Assembly (NCBI GenBank): GCA_001784435.1
Contig: MFQZ01000010.1
Location: 18,917 to 82,916, forward strand
Direction: 5' to 3'
DNA from: Candidatus Magasanikbacteria bacterium RIFOXYC2_FULL_42_28
GTDB lineage: Bacteria > Patescibacteriota > Patescibacteriia > Magasanikbacterales > GWA2-37-8
Length of the DNA stretch: 64,000 bases
Shown here: positions 35,572-45,639 of the stretch, in pieces
How positions within the stretch are numbered: the first letter of the stretch is position 1
How the letters are laid out: the number at the start of each line of letters is the position of its first letter
The notes under the pieces: generated by a model
Databases searched by the model: none
What the model was told of the DNA's origin: nothing
What the model saw: the letters and a program-made list of their open reading frames with translations, nothing else
Made by a program: the position numbers and the translations under genes

Positions 35572-36765
35572 ATGGCAGAGTTCTCAAGAACAAAGCCCCA
35601 CGTTAACATTGGTACCATTGGCCACGTTGACCATGGAAAAACCACTCTCACTGCCGCGATTTTGCAGGTTTTAACTGCGCACGGTATGACCGCCCAAAAG
35701 AAGGGTGTTGATGATTTGGATAAAGCGCCCGAATCCAAGGCGCGCGGTATTACGATTTCTACCGCTCATGTGGAATACGAATCCGCTGCTCGCCACTATG
35801 CGCACGTTGACTGTCCGGGACACGCCGATTATGTTAAAAACATGATTACCGGCGCGGCTCAGATGGATGGTGCCATTTTGGTGGTTTCCGCTGCTGATGG
35901 TCCGATGCCTCAAACTCGCGAGCACATTTTGTTAGCTCGTCAGGTCGGCGTCCCTTACATTGTCGTATTTTTGAACAAAGTGGACATGGTGGATGATCCA
36001 GAATTGATTGATTTGGTTGAAGCCGAAGTCCGTGATTTATTGACAAAAAATAAATATCCTGGCGACACCACCCCGATTATCCGTGGCTCCGCCTTGAAAG
36101 CCTTGCAGGCTCCGTCGGATGAAGCCGCCTCTAAACCGGTTTTGGATTTGATTAAAGCGGTTGACGAATATATTCCAACTCCACAACGCCCAGTTGACAA
36201 GCCATTTTTGATGCCGGTGGAAGACGTTTTCTCCATTGAAGGTCGTGGTACTGTAGTTACTGGTCGTATTGAACGCGGTACTGTCCACATCAACGATGAA
36301 ATTTCGATCGTTGGTTTGCGCGAGGAACCAATGAAAACTGTCGTAACCGGTATTGAAATGTTTAATAAATCTTTGAAAGAAGGTTTGGCTGGGGACAACG
36401 CCGGTATCTTATTGCGTGGCACCAAGAAAGAAGAAGTGGAACGCGGTATGGTTTTGGCCAAGACCGGTTCTGTTACTCCTCACACTGAATTTGACGCCAA
36501 TGTTTATATTTTGACCAAAGAAGAAGGTGGTCGCCATAAGCCATTTTTCAAAGGCTACAAGCCACAATTCTATATCCGCACCACCGATGTTACGGGTGAT
36601 GTGACAGAATTGCCAGCTGGTGTTGAAATGGTTATGCCGGGCGATACCGTCAATATCAAAGTTAAATTGATCACCCCGGTTGCCATGGAAGAGCAAATGA
36701 ACTTCGCGATTCGCGAAGGCGGTCGCACGGTTGGTGCGGGCGTGGTAACTAAGATTAATAAATAA
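35572..36765 (+). CDS. tuf: elongation factor Tu
   Basis: [22 protein letters not shown] and SALKAL G-domain motifs. 397 aa. Own promoter (TTGCCA...TATAAT at about 35375-35405) and hairpin-rich 5-prime UTR. Confidence 0.97.
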   Translation: MAEFSRTKPHVNIGTIGHVDHGKTTLTAAILQVLTAHGMTAQKKGVDDLDKAPESKARGITISTAHVEYESAARHYAHVDCPGHADYVKNMITGAAQMDGAILVVSAADGPMPQTREHILLARQVGVPYIVVFLNKVDMVDDPELIDLVEAEVRDLLTKNKYPGDTTPIIRGSALKALQAPSDEAASKPVLDLIKAVDEYIPTPQRPVDKPFLMPVEDVFSIEGRGTVVTGRIERGTVHINDEISIVGLREEPMKTVVTGIEMFNKSLKEGLAGDNAGILLRGTKKEEVERGMVLAKTGSVTPHTEFDANVYILTKEEGGRHKPFFKGYKPQFYIRTTDVTGDVTELPAGVEMVMPGDTVNIKVKLITPVAMEEQMNFAIREGGRTVGAGVVTKINK

Positions 36766-36827
36766 TTATTTGAGGGGAGCGTAAGATTTTACGCTCCCCT
36801 TGATATTTAATAAATTGTTCTTTAATT

Positions 36828-37181
36828 ATGCCTACTGCTCACAAAACTGCCACTGCCAGCAAAAAGGAGGAAACGGTCGCTACTCGAATCCGGATTAAAA
36901 TTCGCGCTTACGATAATAAGATTATCGACATCGCGTCCAAAACCATAATTGATACCGCGACGCGCAACGGCGCTAAAGTTGTTGGGCCGGTACCGCTTCC
37001 GACCGAAAAGACCAAATTTACCGTCAATCGTTCCACTTTTGTGCATAAAGACGCGCGCGAACAATTTGAAATGCGGGTGCACAAACGCTTATTGGATATT
37101 ATGGACGCGGCGCCTAAATGCGTGGATGCTTTAATGAGTTTAAATTTGCCGGCGGGTGTGGATGTGGAGATAAAAATGTAG
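36828..37181 (+). CDS. rpsJ: 30S ribosomal protein S10
   Basis: [72 protein letters not shown]. Confidence 0.9.
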   Translation: MPTAHKTATASKKEETVATRIRIKIRAYDNKIIDIASKTIIDTATRNGAKVVGPVPLPTEKTKFTVNRSTFVHKDAREQFEMRVHKRLLDIMDAAPKCVDALMSLNLPAGVDVEIKM

Positions 37182-37245
37182 GAACCCCGAATTTTGTTCA
37201 CGAATCAACACGAACAATCTTAAAATACGGCTAATAGTATTGGCT

Positions 37246-37275
37246 CTTGACAAATATTTAATTTTCTGGTAAAGT
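37246..37275 (+). promoter_or_regulatory. internal promoter (TTGACA-17-TAAAGT) inside the 360-nt rpsJ-rplC spacer, giving rplC a long structured leader
   Basis: ttgacaaatatttaattttctggtaaagt. The leader ends with the palindrome TCCCGACTTAGTCGGGA (37526-37542), 2 nt before the rplC ATG. Confidence 0.45.
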
Positions 37276-37544
37276 GCTGACAACATTACCGACGTTAAAG
37301 TAAATAAGATTTGTTTCGGAATTTTCGAGGCAAAAAACATTTATTCGAACGAAAGTAATTTTGAGGAAATAAAGTGATTTAAAAATTTACAATTGGCCAA
37401 TCTTGATCACAAGAAAGGCTGGAAACGTGAATTGCAAACAGTATTTTTAGGGGGGAATTATCAGTAATTTAGACAGATTAGTTTGCAGTTAGCGTTTCTA
37501 GTTTTTTTGTTAAATTAACGGTTAATCCCGACTTAGTCGGGACA

Positions 37545-38255
37545 ATGACACGTATGAAAATAATTATTGGGAAAAAAATTGCCATGACCCAGGTGTTTTC
37601 AGCGACGGGCGAAGTGGTGCCGGTTACGCGCATTAGTGCCGGTCCTTGCCCAGTTGTTCAAGTTAAAACCAAAGGGACTGATAATACCGACGCCATTCAG
37701 TTAGGATTTGGCGAAAAGAAAGAGTATTTGATAAAAAAACCGCAGTTAGGTCATTTGAAAGATTTGTCTAATTTACGTGATTTACATGATTTTTCGGTTG
37801 ATAAAGTGGGAGAAGTAAAGCGCGGTGATTTGGTTACCGTCGATACTTTTGTTGAGGGTGAAAGAGTGGCGGTGGTGGGACAGTCCAAAGGTAAAGGTTT
37901 TCAAGGTGTGGTTCGCCGTCATCATTTCCGTGGTGGCCCAGCGACGCATGGTCATAAAGACAATTTGCGCGCTCCCGGATCCATTGGCGCTGGTGGTGTG
38001 CAACGCGTTTTTAAAGGTATGCGTATGGCCGGTCATATGGGCGCGGATAGAGTTACTGTCAAAAATTTAGAAGTGGTTAAAATTGATTCCGTTAATAATG
38101 AGTTATATTTAAAAGGCGCTGTTCCGGGTGGACGTGGGGGGTTGTTATTTATTAGTGCCCCGGGCGAGTTGAAAGTGGCGGTAACCAAAGTAGCCGAAGT
38201 TCCAGTCGTGGCCGAGCAACCGGCAGTAGAAATGGTTGCCGAAGCGCAATCCTAA
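37545..38255 (+). CDS. rplC: 50S ribosomal protein L3
   Basis: KIIIGKKIAMTQVFSATGEVVPVTRISAGPCPVVQVKT. Confidence 0.9.
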   Translation: MTRMKIIIGKKIAMTQVFSATGEVVPVTRISAGPCPVVQVKTKGTDNTDAIQLGFGEKKEYLIKKPQLGHLKDLSNLRDLHDFSVDKVGEVKRGDLVTVDTFVEGERVAVVGQSKGKGFQGVVRRHHFRGGPATHGHKDNLRAPGSIGAGGVQRVFKGMRMAGHMGADRVTVKNLEVVKIDSVNNELYLKGAVPGGRGGLLFISAPGELKVAVTKVAEVPVVAEQPAVEMVAEAQS

Positions 38256-38268
38256 AATTGATTAGCGT

Positions 38269-38895
38269 ATGAAAACAAAATTGTATAATTTAGTCGGAAA
38301 AGTTGTTGGTGATGTTGAATTGTCCGACGCAATTTTTGATGTAAAAGTTAAACCAACTTTAGTACACGCGGTTTATGTCGCGATTACCAATCGCGCGCGC
38401 GAGAGCTGGGCCGATACCAAAGGTAAAGGCGAAGTGCGCGGTGGTGGTAAAAAACCGTGGCAACAAAAAGGTACCGGTCGCGCTCGTCATGGCTCTATTC
38501 GTTCGCCGATTTGGAAAGGTGGCGGTGTTACTTTCGGTCCGAAAACTGAACGTAACTACGATGTTAAAATTAATTTGAAAGAAAAACGCGCGGCTACCAA
38601 GATGTGTTTTGCCGATAAATTTCGCGCTGATGGTATTTTCGTGGTGGAGAACTTTGATTTTACGGAAGCGAAAACCAGATTGGCAGTCGAGTTGCTCAAA
38701 GGTTTGGGAATTACCGGCAAAAGAGTTTTGTTTTTAACCGATGGTAAAAGCGAAGTCGTACGGCGCGTCGCCACTAATTTGCCGAAAACAGAAATAATGA
38801 ACGCGGTTGACGCCAATGTGGTTGCTTTGTTAAAAGCGCAATCCGTGATTATGAGTCAGGCCGGAGCGGAAGCAATTGGTAAAATTTTAAAATAA
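38269..38895 (+). CDS. rplD: 50S ribosomal protein L4
   Basis: GGGKKPWQQKGTGRARHGSIRSPIWKGGGVTFGPK. Confidence 0.9.
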   Translation: MKTKLYNLVGKVVGDVELSDAIFDVKVKPTLVHAVYVAITNRARESWADTKGKGEVRGGGKKPWQQKGTGRARHGSIRSPIWKGGGVTFGPKTERNYDVKINLKEKRAATKMCFADKFRADGIFVVENFDFTEAKTRLAVELLKGLGITGKRVLFLTDGKSEVVRRVATNLPKTEIMNAVDANVVALLKAQSVIMSQAGAEAIGKILK

Positions 38896-38913
38896 TACTA
38901 TTTAATCCATAAT

Positions 38914-39393
38914 ATGGGATTACTTGACCGCTGGACAAAAAGACAAGAGCAGAAAAAGTTGGAGCAAACCAAGCCACCGGTTGTTTTGAAATCTGACAAA
39001 ACTAGTAAGGATGCCGTTGTTGTTAAAGGTAAAGAAAAATCTGAAAAAGTCGTTAAAAAAACCGTGGTTGCGCCGAAAGAAAAGTCAACGCCAACAGCAA
39101 AAATTTCGATGACCGCCGATCGGATTTTAATTAGACCGCTCGTTACGGAAAAAGGCGCGATTGCCCAAAGCCAAAATAAATATGGTTTTGTGGTGGAGCG
39201 CTCGGCAACAACTGATGTTATCAAACGCGCTATTGCCGAGGCCTATGGCGTTACCCCGCTCAAAGTTAATTTGATTAATGTGAGTGGCAAGTGGGTGCGT
39301 TTTGGACAATCTTTTGGCCGTCGGGGCGACTATAAAAAAGCAATTGTCACTTTGCCAAAAGGCAAGAGCATTACTATCCACGAAGGAGTTTAA
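38914..39393 (+). CDS. rplW: 50S ribosomal protein L23 with a roughly 65-aa Lys-rich N-terminal extension
   Basis: ADRILIRPLVTEKGAIAQSQNKYGFVVERSATTDVIKRAIAEAYGVTPLKVNLINV. Confidence 0.85.
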   Translation: MGLLDRWTKRQEQKKLEQTKPPVVLKSDKTSKDAVVVKGKEKSEKVVKKTVVAPKEKSTPTAKISMTADRILIRPLVTEKGAIAQSQNKYGFVVERSATTDVIKRAIAEAYGVTPLKVNLINVSGKWVRFGQSFGRRGDYKKAIVTLPKGKSITIHEGV

Positions 39394-39398
39394 TAAAT

Positions 39399-40244
39399 AT
39401 GCCAATTACGATTTATAAACCAACTAATCCGGGCCGACGCAATAGCAGTGTTGACTCTTTTTTCGATATTACCAAATTTGAACCGGAAAAATCCTTGATT
39501 AAAATTTTAAAAAAGAATTCCGGTCGTAACAACACCGGTGTAATTACCGTGCGTCATCAAGGCGGTGGCGTGAAAAAATATTATCGTTTAGTTGATTTTA
39601 GACAAAATAAATTTGATATGCCGGGTACGGTGGCATCTATCGAGTATGACCCAAACCGTGGTCCGCGTGTGTCTTTGATTAATTATGCCGATGGTGTTAA
39701 GGCCTATGTGTTGTGTCCGGAAGGTTTGAAAGTTGGCGATGTCGTGATGTCGTCTGATAAAGTGATTGAAGCCAAAGTTGGTAATCGTTTACAATTACAA
39801 TATATTCCGGTTGGTTTGTTTATCTACAACATTGAATTAACCCGAGGTAAGGGTGGACAATTGGTACGCGGTGCCGGATTGTCAGCGCAATTGGTTGGTG
39901 TGGAAGGTAAGTACTCGTTAGTGAAATTACCATCGGGGGAAATCCGTAAGATTGATAAAGAATGTTGCGCCAATATTGGCGTGATGGGCAATGCCGATCG
40001 CCGTTTGATTCGCTGGGGTAAAGCTGGACGTATGCGTAAACGTGGTATTAAACCGACTGTTAAAGGTAAAAATATGAATCCGAACGACCACCCGCATGGT
40101 GGTGGTGAGGGCCACAGTCCGATTGGTCAAAAACGCGGTCCGCAGTCAGTTTATGGTAAGACTGTGATGGGTGTTAGAACCAGAAAACCGGGCAAGTGGA
40201 GCGATGTTACCGTCGTGCAATCGCGCAAAACCAAAAAGAAATAA
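39399..40244 (+). CDS. rplB: 50S ribosomal protein L2
   Basis: YRLVDFRQNK...GNADRRLIRWGKAGRMRKRGIKPTVKGKNMNPNDHPHGGGEG. Confidence 0.95.
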   Translation: MPITIYKPTNPGRRNSSVDSFFDITKFEPEKSLIKILKKNSGRNNTGVITVRHQGGGVKKYYRLVDFRQNKFDMPGTVASIEYDPNRGPRVSLINYADGVKAYVLCPEGLKVGDVVMSSDKVIEAKVGNRLQLQYIPVGLFIYNIELTRGKGGQLVRGAGLSAQLVGVEGKYSLVKLPSGEIRKIDKECCANIGVMGNADRRLIRWGKAGRMRKRGIKPTVKGKNMNPNDHPHGGGEGHSPIGQKRGPQSVYGKTVMGVRTRKPGKWSDVTVVQSRKTKKK

Positions 40245-40321
40245 TTAAATAAATAATTTAATAATAAATCACCAATCACCGTTCAGATCCGTGTTGATTT
40301 GTGAAAAAAATTCGTGGTACT

Positions 40322-40663
40322 ATGTCAAGAAGTTTAAAAAAAGGACCTTACGTTGACCCGCGCGTTTTGGAAAAAGTTGCCAAAATGAAAAATAGCGGTA
40401 AGCATGACCCAATTAAAACTTGGTCGCGCGCTTGTGTGATTGCTCCGGAAATGGTGGGCGTAACTTTTGGGGTTCATAATGGCAAAGATTTTGTTAATGT
40501 GTTTGTGCAAGAAGATATGGTCGGACACCGGTTGGGAGAGTTTTCTCCTACCCGCAAATTTGTCCGCCATGGTGGTAAGATGGCCAAAGAAGAAGAATCG
40601 GCCGCTACCGCCAAATCTACCGCTCCGGCCGCTGCCGCTAAACCGGCCGCCGGCAAAAAATAA
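40322..40663 (+). CDS. rpsS: 30S ribosomal protein S19 (Ala/Lys-rich C-terminal extension)
   Basis: [19 protein letters not shown]...[42 protein letters not shown] at 40322; the ORF track starts at an upstream GTG. Confidence 0.9.
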   Translation: MSRSLKKGPYVDPRVLEKVAKMKNSGKHDPIKTWSRACVIAPEMVGVTFGVHNGKDFVNVFVQEDMVGHRLGEFSPTRKFVRHGGKMAKEEESAATAKSTAPAAAAKPAAGKK

Positions 40664-40672
40664 TATACTAAT

Positions 40673-41065
40673 ATGAGCCAGGAAATTGTCGCAAAATTAA
40701 GATATTTTCGCCAAGGGCCGCGTAAAATGCGCCTCGTGGTGGATATGATTCGAGGACGCAATGTCGCGCGCGCTTTGCAAATTTTGGAATTAACCAACAA
40801 AAAATCCGCTCGCGCCATTTTAAAGTTGCTCCAATCGGCCGTGGCCAACGCTAAACATAATTTTAGTTTGAACGAAGACAATTTGCGTATTAGTAAAATT
40901 ACGGTTGATGGTGGTCCGGTTTTAAAACGGTGGATGCCAAAAGCGCACGGTCGCGCCACTCCGATTCGCGAACGCACGAGTCATATCAATTTATATTTAT
41001 CCGAGTTTGTTAAGAAAGAAAAGATAAATAAAAAGAAAGTGAAAGAAATAAAAGTTAAAAAATAA
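40673..41065 (+). CDS. rplV: 50S ribosomal protein L22
   Basis: AKLRYFRQGPRKMRLVVDMIRGRNVARALQILELTNKKSA. Confidence 0.9.
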   Translation: MSQEIVAKLRYFRQGPRKMRLVVDMIRGRNVARALQILELTNKKSARAILKLLQSAVANAKHNFSLNEDNLRISKITVDGGPVLKRWMPKAHGRATPIRERTSHINLYLSEFVKKEKINKKKVKEIKVKK

Positions 41066-41102
41066 TTATTTAGTATTTAGTGTTTAGAATTTAGTGTTTA
41101 AA
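41066..41102. repeat. heptamer-based spacer repeat (TTTAGTG/TTTAGAA family), copy 2
   Basis: atttagtatttagtgtttagaatttagtgtttaaaaa, between rplV and rpsC. Confidence 0.65.
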
Positions 41103-41106
41103 AAGT

Positions 41107-41829
41107 ATGGGTCACAAAGTACATCCGAAAATTCATCGCACTCCCTTGGTAAATTCTTGGGATTCAAAATGGTTTGGACGCAAAGAACAGTTGCCCGGTC
41201 TTTTGAAGCAGGAAGTACAAATTCGCGAGTATTTGGATGTTAAATTAAAAGACGCCGGTATTGATTCTGTTTCCGTGGAACGCACTCCGAAAGAAGTGAC
41301 CATTACCATTCTCGCGGCCAAACCGGGTGTGGTCATCGGTCGTTCTGGACAGGGCTTGGAAGTTTTAAAAAAAGATATTGAAAAGAAAATTTTACAATTT
41401 AAACATCGCGTTAAATTAAATATTTTACCGGTTAATCAACCCGCGCTTTCGGCTCGGATTGTCGGCGCCGGTATTGTTTCGGAAATTGAACGTCGTATGC
41501 CTTTTCGGCGCGTGATGAAACAGGCGATTGAAAAAGTAATGGCCGCCGGAGCGCAAGGCGTAAAAATTAAAATGTCCGGTCGTTTGAACGGCGTGGAAAT
41601 TGCCCGCCAAGAAGTGCTCGGCGCCGGCAAAATGTCTTTGATTACTTTTCGCAGTAATGTTGATTATGCGATTGTGGAAGCGCAGACGCTTTACGGTAAA
41701 ATTGGTGTTAAAGTTTGGGTTTATCGCGGTGAAGTATTTAGTCGTTTAGATAAATTTGGTCAAGCGACCGAGAAGGCCGCCGCTAAGCCGGCCGGTCGTA
41801 AATCCGACAATGACTTGTTCCGCGATTAA
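41107..41829 (+). CDS. rpsC: 30S ribosomal protein S3
   Basis: [23 protein letters not shown]...KH domain...[12 protein letters not shown]. Confidence 0.95.
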   Translation: MGHKVHPKIHRTPLVNSWDSKWFGRKEQLPGLLKQEVQIREYLDVKLKDAGIDSVSVERTPKEVTITILAAKPGVVIGRSGQGLEVLKKDIEKKILQFKHRVKLNILPVNQPALSARIVGAGIVSEIERRMPFRRVMKQAIEKVMAAGAQGVKIKMSGRLNGVEIARQEVLGAGKMSLITFRSNVDYAIVEAQTLYGKIGVKVWVYRGEVFSRLDKFGQATEKAAAKPAGRKSDNDLFRD

Positions 41830-41849
41830 GAAGTTATTCTAATTATTGT

Positions 41850-42263
41850 ATGTTATTTCCTAAAAAAGTAAATCATCGTAAATGGCACAAAGGCACCCGC
41901 CGTAGTTTGGGTGTGGCGACGCGTATTAAGACAATTGATTATGGTGATTTTGCTTTGAAAAGTTTACAACATGGTTGGGTAGGGAGTCGCGAGCTAGAAT
42001 CCGCTCGTCGAGTTTTGACGCGCTATGTTCGTCGCGGTGGTCAAATTTGGATCAGAGTTTTTCCGGATAAGCCGGTTACTAAAAAAGGTAACGAGACCCC
42101 GATGGGCGGTGGTAAGGGTTCACCCGATCATTTTGTGGCGGTAGTTAAACCCGGTACGATTTTATTTGAAATGTCCGGTATTACGCCTGAAACCGCCAAA
42201 GCGGCTTTGGAAATGGCGGCTTACAAATTACGAGTCAAGACCAAATATATTCAAAAGATCTAA
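41850..42263 (+). CDS. rplP: 50S ribosomal protein L16
   Basis: [25 protein letters not shown]...[34 protein letters not shown]. Confidence 0.95.
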   Translation: MLFPKKVNHRKWHKGTRRSLGVATRIKTIDYGDFALKSLQHGWVGSRELESARRVLTRYVRRGGQIWIRVFPDKPVTKKGNETPMGGGKGSPDHFVAVVKPGTILFEMSGITPETAKAALEMAAYKLRVKTKYIQKI

Positions 42264-42320
42264 CCCCTAAACCAGATGCTGCGGCATCGGTTCAGGGTAG
42301 AATAATGTTAATAATTTTGT

Positions 42321-42503
42321 ATGGATTTTGAGGAATTAAAAAATAAAAGTGTTAAAGATTTGCAAGATTTGCTGTCTGATTTGGGCGCGCAGGCGCGTGG
42401 TTTGCGTTTTCGAGCTTTGAGCCGAGAATTAAAACAGGTGCACCGTGTTGCCGAAGTCCGCAAGACCATCGCTCGCATTAAAACTTTACTAAAACAAAAG
42501 TAA
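42321..42503 (+). CDS. rpmC: 50S ribosomal protein L29
   Basis: 60 aa, ELKNKSVKDLQDLLSDLGAQARGLRFRALSRELKQVHRVAEVRKTIARI. Confidence 0.85.
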   Translation: MDFEELKNKSVKDLQDLLSDLGAQARGLRFRALSRELKQVHRVAEVRKTIARIKTLLKQK

Positions 42504-42512
42504 TAGAACGAT

Positions 42513-42782
42513 ATGGAACAGACAATTAAAACAACCAAAATCACCCGTTCGTTTGTGGGTACAGTTCTGTCCACTTCCGCCCAGAAAACTTTGGTGGTAA
42601 AAGTGGATACGATGAAAATGCACACCAAGTATCACAAACAGTACCGAGTGAGTCGCAAGTATCACGCTCATGATGAGAAGAGTGTCGCCAAAGTTGGTGA
42701 TGTGGTTGAGATTAGCGCTTGCCGGCCGTTGTCCGCTTTGAAACACTGGCGTTTGGTTAGAATTGTTAAATCAAGCAAATAA
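42513..42782 (+). CDS. rpsQ: 30S ribosomal protein S17
   Basis: RSFVGTVLSTSAQKTLVVKVDTMKMHTKYHKQYRVSRKYHAHDEKSVAKVGDVVEISACRPLS. Confidence 0.9.
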   Translation: MEQTIKTTKITRSFVGTVLSTSAQKTLVVKVDTMKMHTKYHKQYRVSRKYHAHDEKSVAKVGDVVEISACRPLSALKHWRLVRIVKSSK

Positions 42783-42791
42783 TTTTATTGT

Positions 42792-43163
42792 ATGATCCAG
42801 CATCGCGCAATGTTAGCGGTGGCCGATAATACCGGCGCCAAGAAAATTCAATGTATCCGTGTTTTGGATGGTTATAAAAAACGTTATGCCCGTATTGGGG
42901 ATGTTATTACTGGCGTGGTAAAAGAAGCGGCCCCGCGCGGTTTGGTTAAAAAAAGCGAAGTGGTGCATTGCGTTATTGTGCGTATCCGAAAAGAAACCAG
43001 ACGCAGTGACGGCACTTATATCCGTTTTTCAGAAAATGCGGTGGTGGTGATTGATCGCAAGACCCGCGAACCAAAGGGCTCACGTATTTTTGGCCCGGTC
43101 GCGCGCGAATTGCGCACGCGCGGTTTTCAAAAAATTATTTCTTTGGCACCGGAAGTTTTATAA
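42792..43163 (+). CDS. rplN: 50S ribosomal protein L14
   Basis: [27 protein letters not shown]. Confidence 0.95.
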   Translation: MIQHRAMLAVADNTGAKKIQCIRVLDGYKKRYARIGDVITGVVKEAAPRGLVKKSEVVHCVIVRIRKETRRSDGTYIRFSENAVVVIDRKTREPKGSRIFGPVARELRTRGFQKIISLAPEVL

Positions 43164-43202
43164 AGAGTTTATAAAGTCAGAAAGTTTATAAAGTTAAAAG
43201 TT

Positions 43203-43511
43203 ATGAAAATTAAAGTTAATGACAAAGTAAGAGTAATGTCCGGCAAGAACCGTGGCAAAGAAGGTAAAGTTATTCAGGTTTTTCCGGTTGTCGGCAAAGT
43301 TGTGATTGAGGGTGTCAACATTATGAAAAAACATCTACGCACGCAAAAACAGGGCCAAAAAGGTCAAGTGATTGAATTGGCCGCGCCTTTGTTTGTTTCC
43401 AAAGTAACTTTAATTTGTCCGAAATGTGGCAAAACCAGCCGAGTCGGTTATAAAATAGAAGCCGGTAATAAGAAACGCATTTGCCGCGCCTGTAAAGAAT
43501 TTATTGAATAG
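43203..43511 (+). CDS. rplX: 50S ribosomal protein L24 with a C-terminal C4 zinc-ribbon extension
   Basis: MKIKVNDKVRVMSGKNRGKEGKVIQVFPVVGKVVIEGVNIMKKH, then CPKCGKTSRVGYKIEAGNKKRICRAC. Confidence 0.85.
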   Translation: MKIKVNDKVRVMSGKNRGKEGKVIQVFPVVGKVVIEGVNIMKKHLRTQKQGQKGQVIELAAPLFVSKVTLICPKCGKTSRVGYKIEAGNKKRICRACKEFIE

Positions 43512-44058
43512 TATGACCAATAATTTATTACAAAAATATCACAAAGTTGTCGCGCCCGCTCTGAAGGCGGAGTTTGGATTTAAAAATATCATGCAAGCGC
43601 CTAAAATTTTAAAAGTAGTTATTAATGTCGGGGTGGGACGTTTTGTAAAAGAGCCGGCCTATATTGAAAGCGCCGAAAAAACTCTGCGCGCCATTACCGG
43701 TCAAAAATCAGTGCGCACGAAATCCAAAAAAGCCATTTCTAACTTTAAAATTAGAGAAGGTCAGGAGATCGGCGTGATGGTTACTTTGCGCCACAAAAAG
43801 ATGTATGAATTTTTAGAAAAATTATTGTCAGTAACTTTTGCCCGCACTCGTGATTTTCGCGGTATTTCCGATAAATCATTTGATCGGGGCGGTAATTATA
43901 CCTTAGGTTTTAAAGAGCACACCGCTTTTCCGGAAATTAAAACCAGCGAAGTTGATAAAATTCACGGTCTGGAAATCATTATCAATACCAGCGCCAAAAA
44001 CGCGGCCGAAGGTCGGGCGCTCCTCTTTGGGCTGGGCTTTCCTTTTGTAACTAAATAA
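43504..44058 (+). CDS. rplE: 50S ribosomal protein L5
   Basis: NIMQAPKILKVVINVGVGRFVKEP...GMVTLRHKKMYEFLEKLL. Confidence 0.95.
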   Translation: MNSMTNNLLQKYHKVVAPALKAEFGFKNIMQAPKILKVVINVGVGRFVKEPAYIESAEKTLRAITGQKSVRTKSKKAISNFKIREGQEIGVMVTLRHKKMYEFLEKLLSVTFARTRDFRGISDKSFDRGGNYTLGFKEHTAFPEIKTSEVDKIHGLEIIINTSAKNAAEGRALLFGLGFPFVTK

Positions 44059-44062
44059 TTTT

Positions 44063-44248
44063 ATGGCTACTGAAGCTCAAATTTCAAAATCAAAAAAAGT
44101 CCCGAAATTTTCTACCCGGATTGTTCGTCGTTGCTGGAAATGTGGACGCAAACGCGCGTTTATTCGCCGGTTTGGTTTGTGTCGTATTTGTTTCCGCGAA
44201 CTGGCCAATGATGGCAAGATTCCCGGTATTAGAAAATCCAGTTGGTAA
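44063..44248 (+). CDS. rpsZ: 30S ribosomal protein S14, zinc-binding type Z
   Basis: 61 aa with CWKCGRKRAFIRRFGLCRICFRELA. Confidence 0.9.
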   Translation: MATEAQISKSKKVPKFSTRIVRRCWKCGRKRAFIRRFGLCRICFRELANDGKIPGIRKSSW

Positions 44249-44280
44249 CCCGCTAAATAATAAACTAATACACTTAAGTT

Positions 44281-44670
44281 ATGATGACCGATCCTATCGC
44301 TGACATGCTTACGCGCATCCGCAATGCTTATAGCGTTAAAGCTAAAGAAGTGGAAGTATCTCACTCCAAAGTGAAAAAATCCATTGCTGATATTTTGGTG
44401 CGCGAAGGTTATATTACTGGCGTGGAAGAACGTCGCGAGAAGCATTCTTTTTTGGTGCTTAATTTGAAATATAATAATGGTCAGCCGGCGCTCCACAGCA
44501 TTAAACGCGTGAGTCGCCCTTCTTCTCGTCGTTATGTCGGGAAAGATGATATCGGTCAAGTTTTAAATGGCTATGGTTTCTTAATTGTTACGACCCCCAA
44601 AGGTATTATGACCGGATCCGAGGCGCGCAAAGCCGGCGTGGGTGGCGAAGTGATTTGTGAAATTTATTAA
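44281..44670 (+). CDS. rpsH: 30S ribosomal protein S8
   Basis: MMTDPIADMLTRIRNAYSVKAKEVEVSHSKVKKSIADILVREGYI. Confidence 0.95.
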   Translation: MMTDPIADMLTRIRNAYSVKAKEVEVSHSKVKKSIADILVREGYITGVEERREKHSFLVLNLKYNNGQPALHSIKRVSRPSSRRYVGKDDIGQVLNGYGFLIVTTPKGIMTGSEARKAGVGGEVICEIY

Positions 44671-44694
44671 AAGTATTTTTAGAGTTTAAATAAT

Positions 44695-45243
44695 ATGTCT
44701 CGTGTCGGAAAAAAAATAAGAACAATCCCTGCTGGTGTTATCGTAACTGTGGAAAAGGGACAATTGAAAGTTGCTGGCCCGAAAGGCGAGTTGAAATTAA
44801 AGTTACATCCGCACATTACCGTCGTGGCGACCGATGGCCAAGTGACAGTAACAGTGGCCAATGTCGATGATTCCAAAGACCGCGCCTTGTGGGGTACTTT
44901 TTCCAGTTTAATTGGCAATATGATCACCGGAGTGACGGTAGGATTTAAAAAGAATTTGAATATTAGCGGTGTTGGTTTCAAGGCCGCGATGAAGGGCGCG
45001 GATTTATCTTTGGAAGTTGGTTTTTCTCATCCGGTAGAGGTGAAAGCGGTACCCGGTATTAAATTTTCCGTTGAAAAAGATAATATCTCCGTGGAAGGAT
45101 TTGACAGACAGTTAGTGGGAGAATTGGCCGCGCGTATTCGCAGTATTAGAAAAGTTGAGCCATACAAAGGCAAGGGTATAAAATACGTCGGTGAAATTGT
45201 CCGTCGTAAGGCCGGCAAGACCGCTGCCAAAGCGGCGGCTTAA
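44695..45243 (+). CDS. rplF: 50S ribosomal protein L6
   Basis: MSRVGKKIRTIPAGVIVTVEKGQLKVAGPKGEL. Confidence 0.95.
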   Translation: MSRVGKKIRTIPAGVIVTVEKGQLKVAGPKGELKLKLHPHITVVATDGQVTVTVANVDDSKDRALWGTFSSLIGNMITGVTVGFKKNLNISGVGFKAAMKGADLSLEVGFSHPVEVKAVPGIKFSVEKDNISVEGFDRQLVGELAARIRSIRKVEPYKGKGIKYVGEIVRRKAGKTAAKAAA

Positions 45244-45254
45244 AAATTAATTTT

Positions 45255-45626
45255 ATGAAAAGATTAACCAGACAAAATACTAAATTACGCGATGTGCGTC
45301 ACGCGCGGGTGCGAGCGGTTATTTCGGGCACGGCCACGCGACCGCGTTTGTCGGTTTTTCGCAGTCATACCGGTATGGTCGCCCAACTGATCGATGATTC
45401 CACCGGTAAAACTTTGTGTTACGCCGACAGTCGCAAAATTAAGAAAGAAAAAGTAGGCGAACGTACCACCAAGGTGAGCGTCGGGTATTTGGTAGGCCAA
45501 AAATTGGCCGAACTCGCTAAAGAAAAAAAGATTACCCAAGCGGTATTTGATCGCGGTGGCTATCGTTATCATGGCCGTGTGGCCGCTTTAGCTGACGGCG
45601 CGCGCGCCGGTGGTTTGGAGTTTTAA
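45255..45626 (+). CDS. rplR: 50S ribosomal protein L18
   Basis: RPRLSVFRSHTGMVAQLIDDSTGKTLCYADS...DRGGYRYHGRVAALADGARAGGLEF. Confidence 0.95.
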   Translation: MKRLTRQNTKLRDVRHARVRAVISGTATRPRLSVFRSHTGMVAQLIDDSTGKTLCYADSRKIKKEKVGERTTKVSVGYLVGQKLAELAKEKKITQAVFDRGGYRYHGRVAALADGARAGGLEF

Positions 45627-45639
45627 TTTTTAAAAAAGT

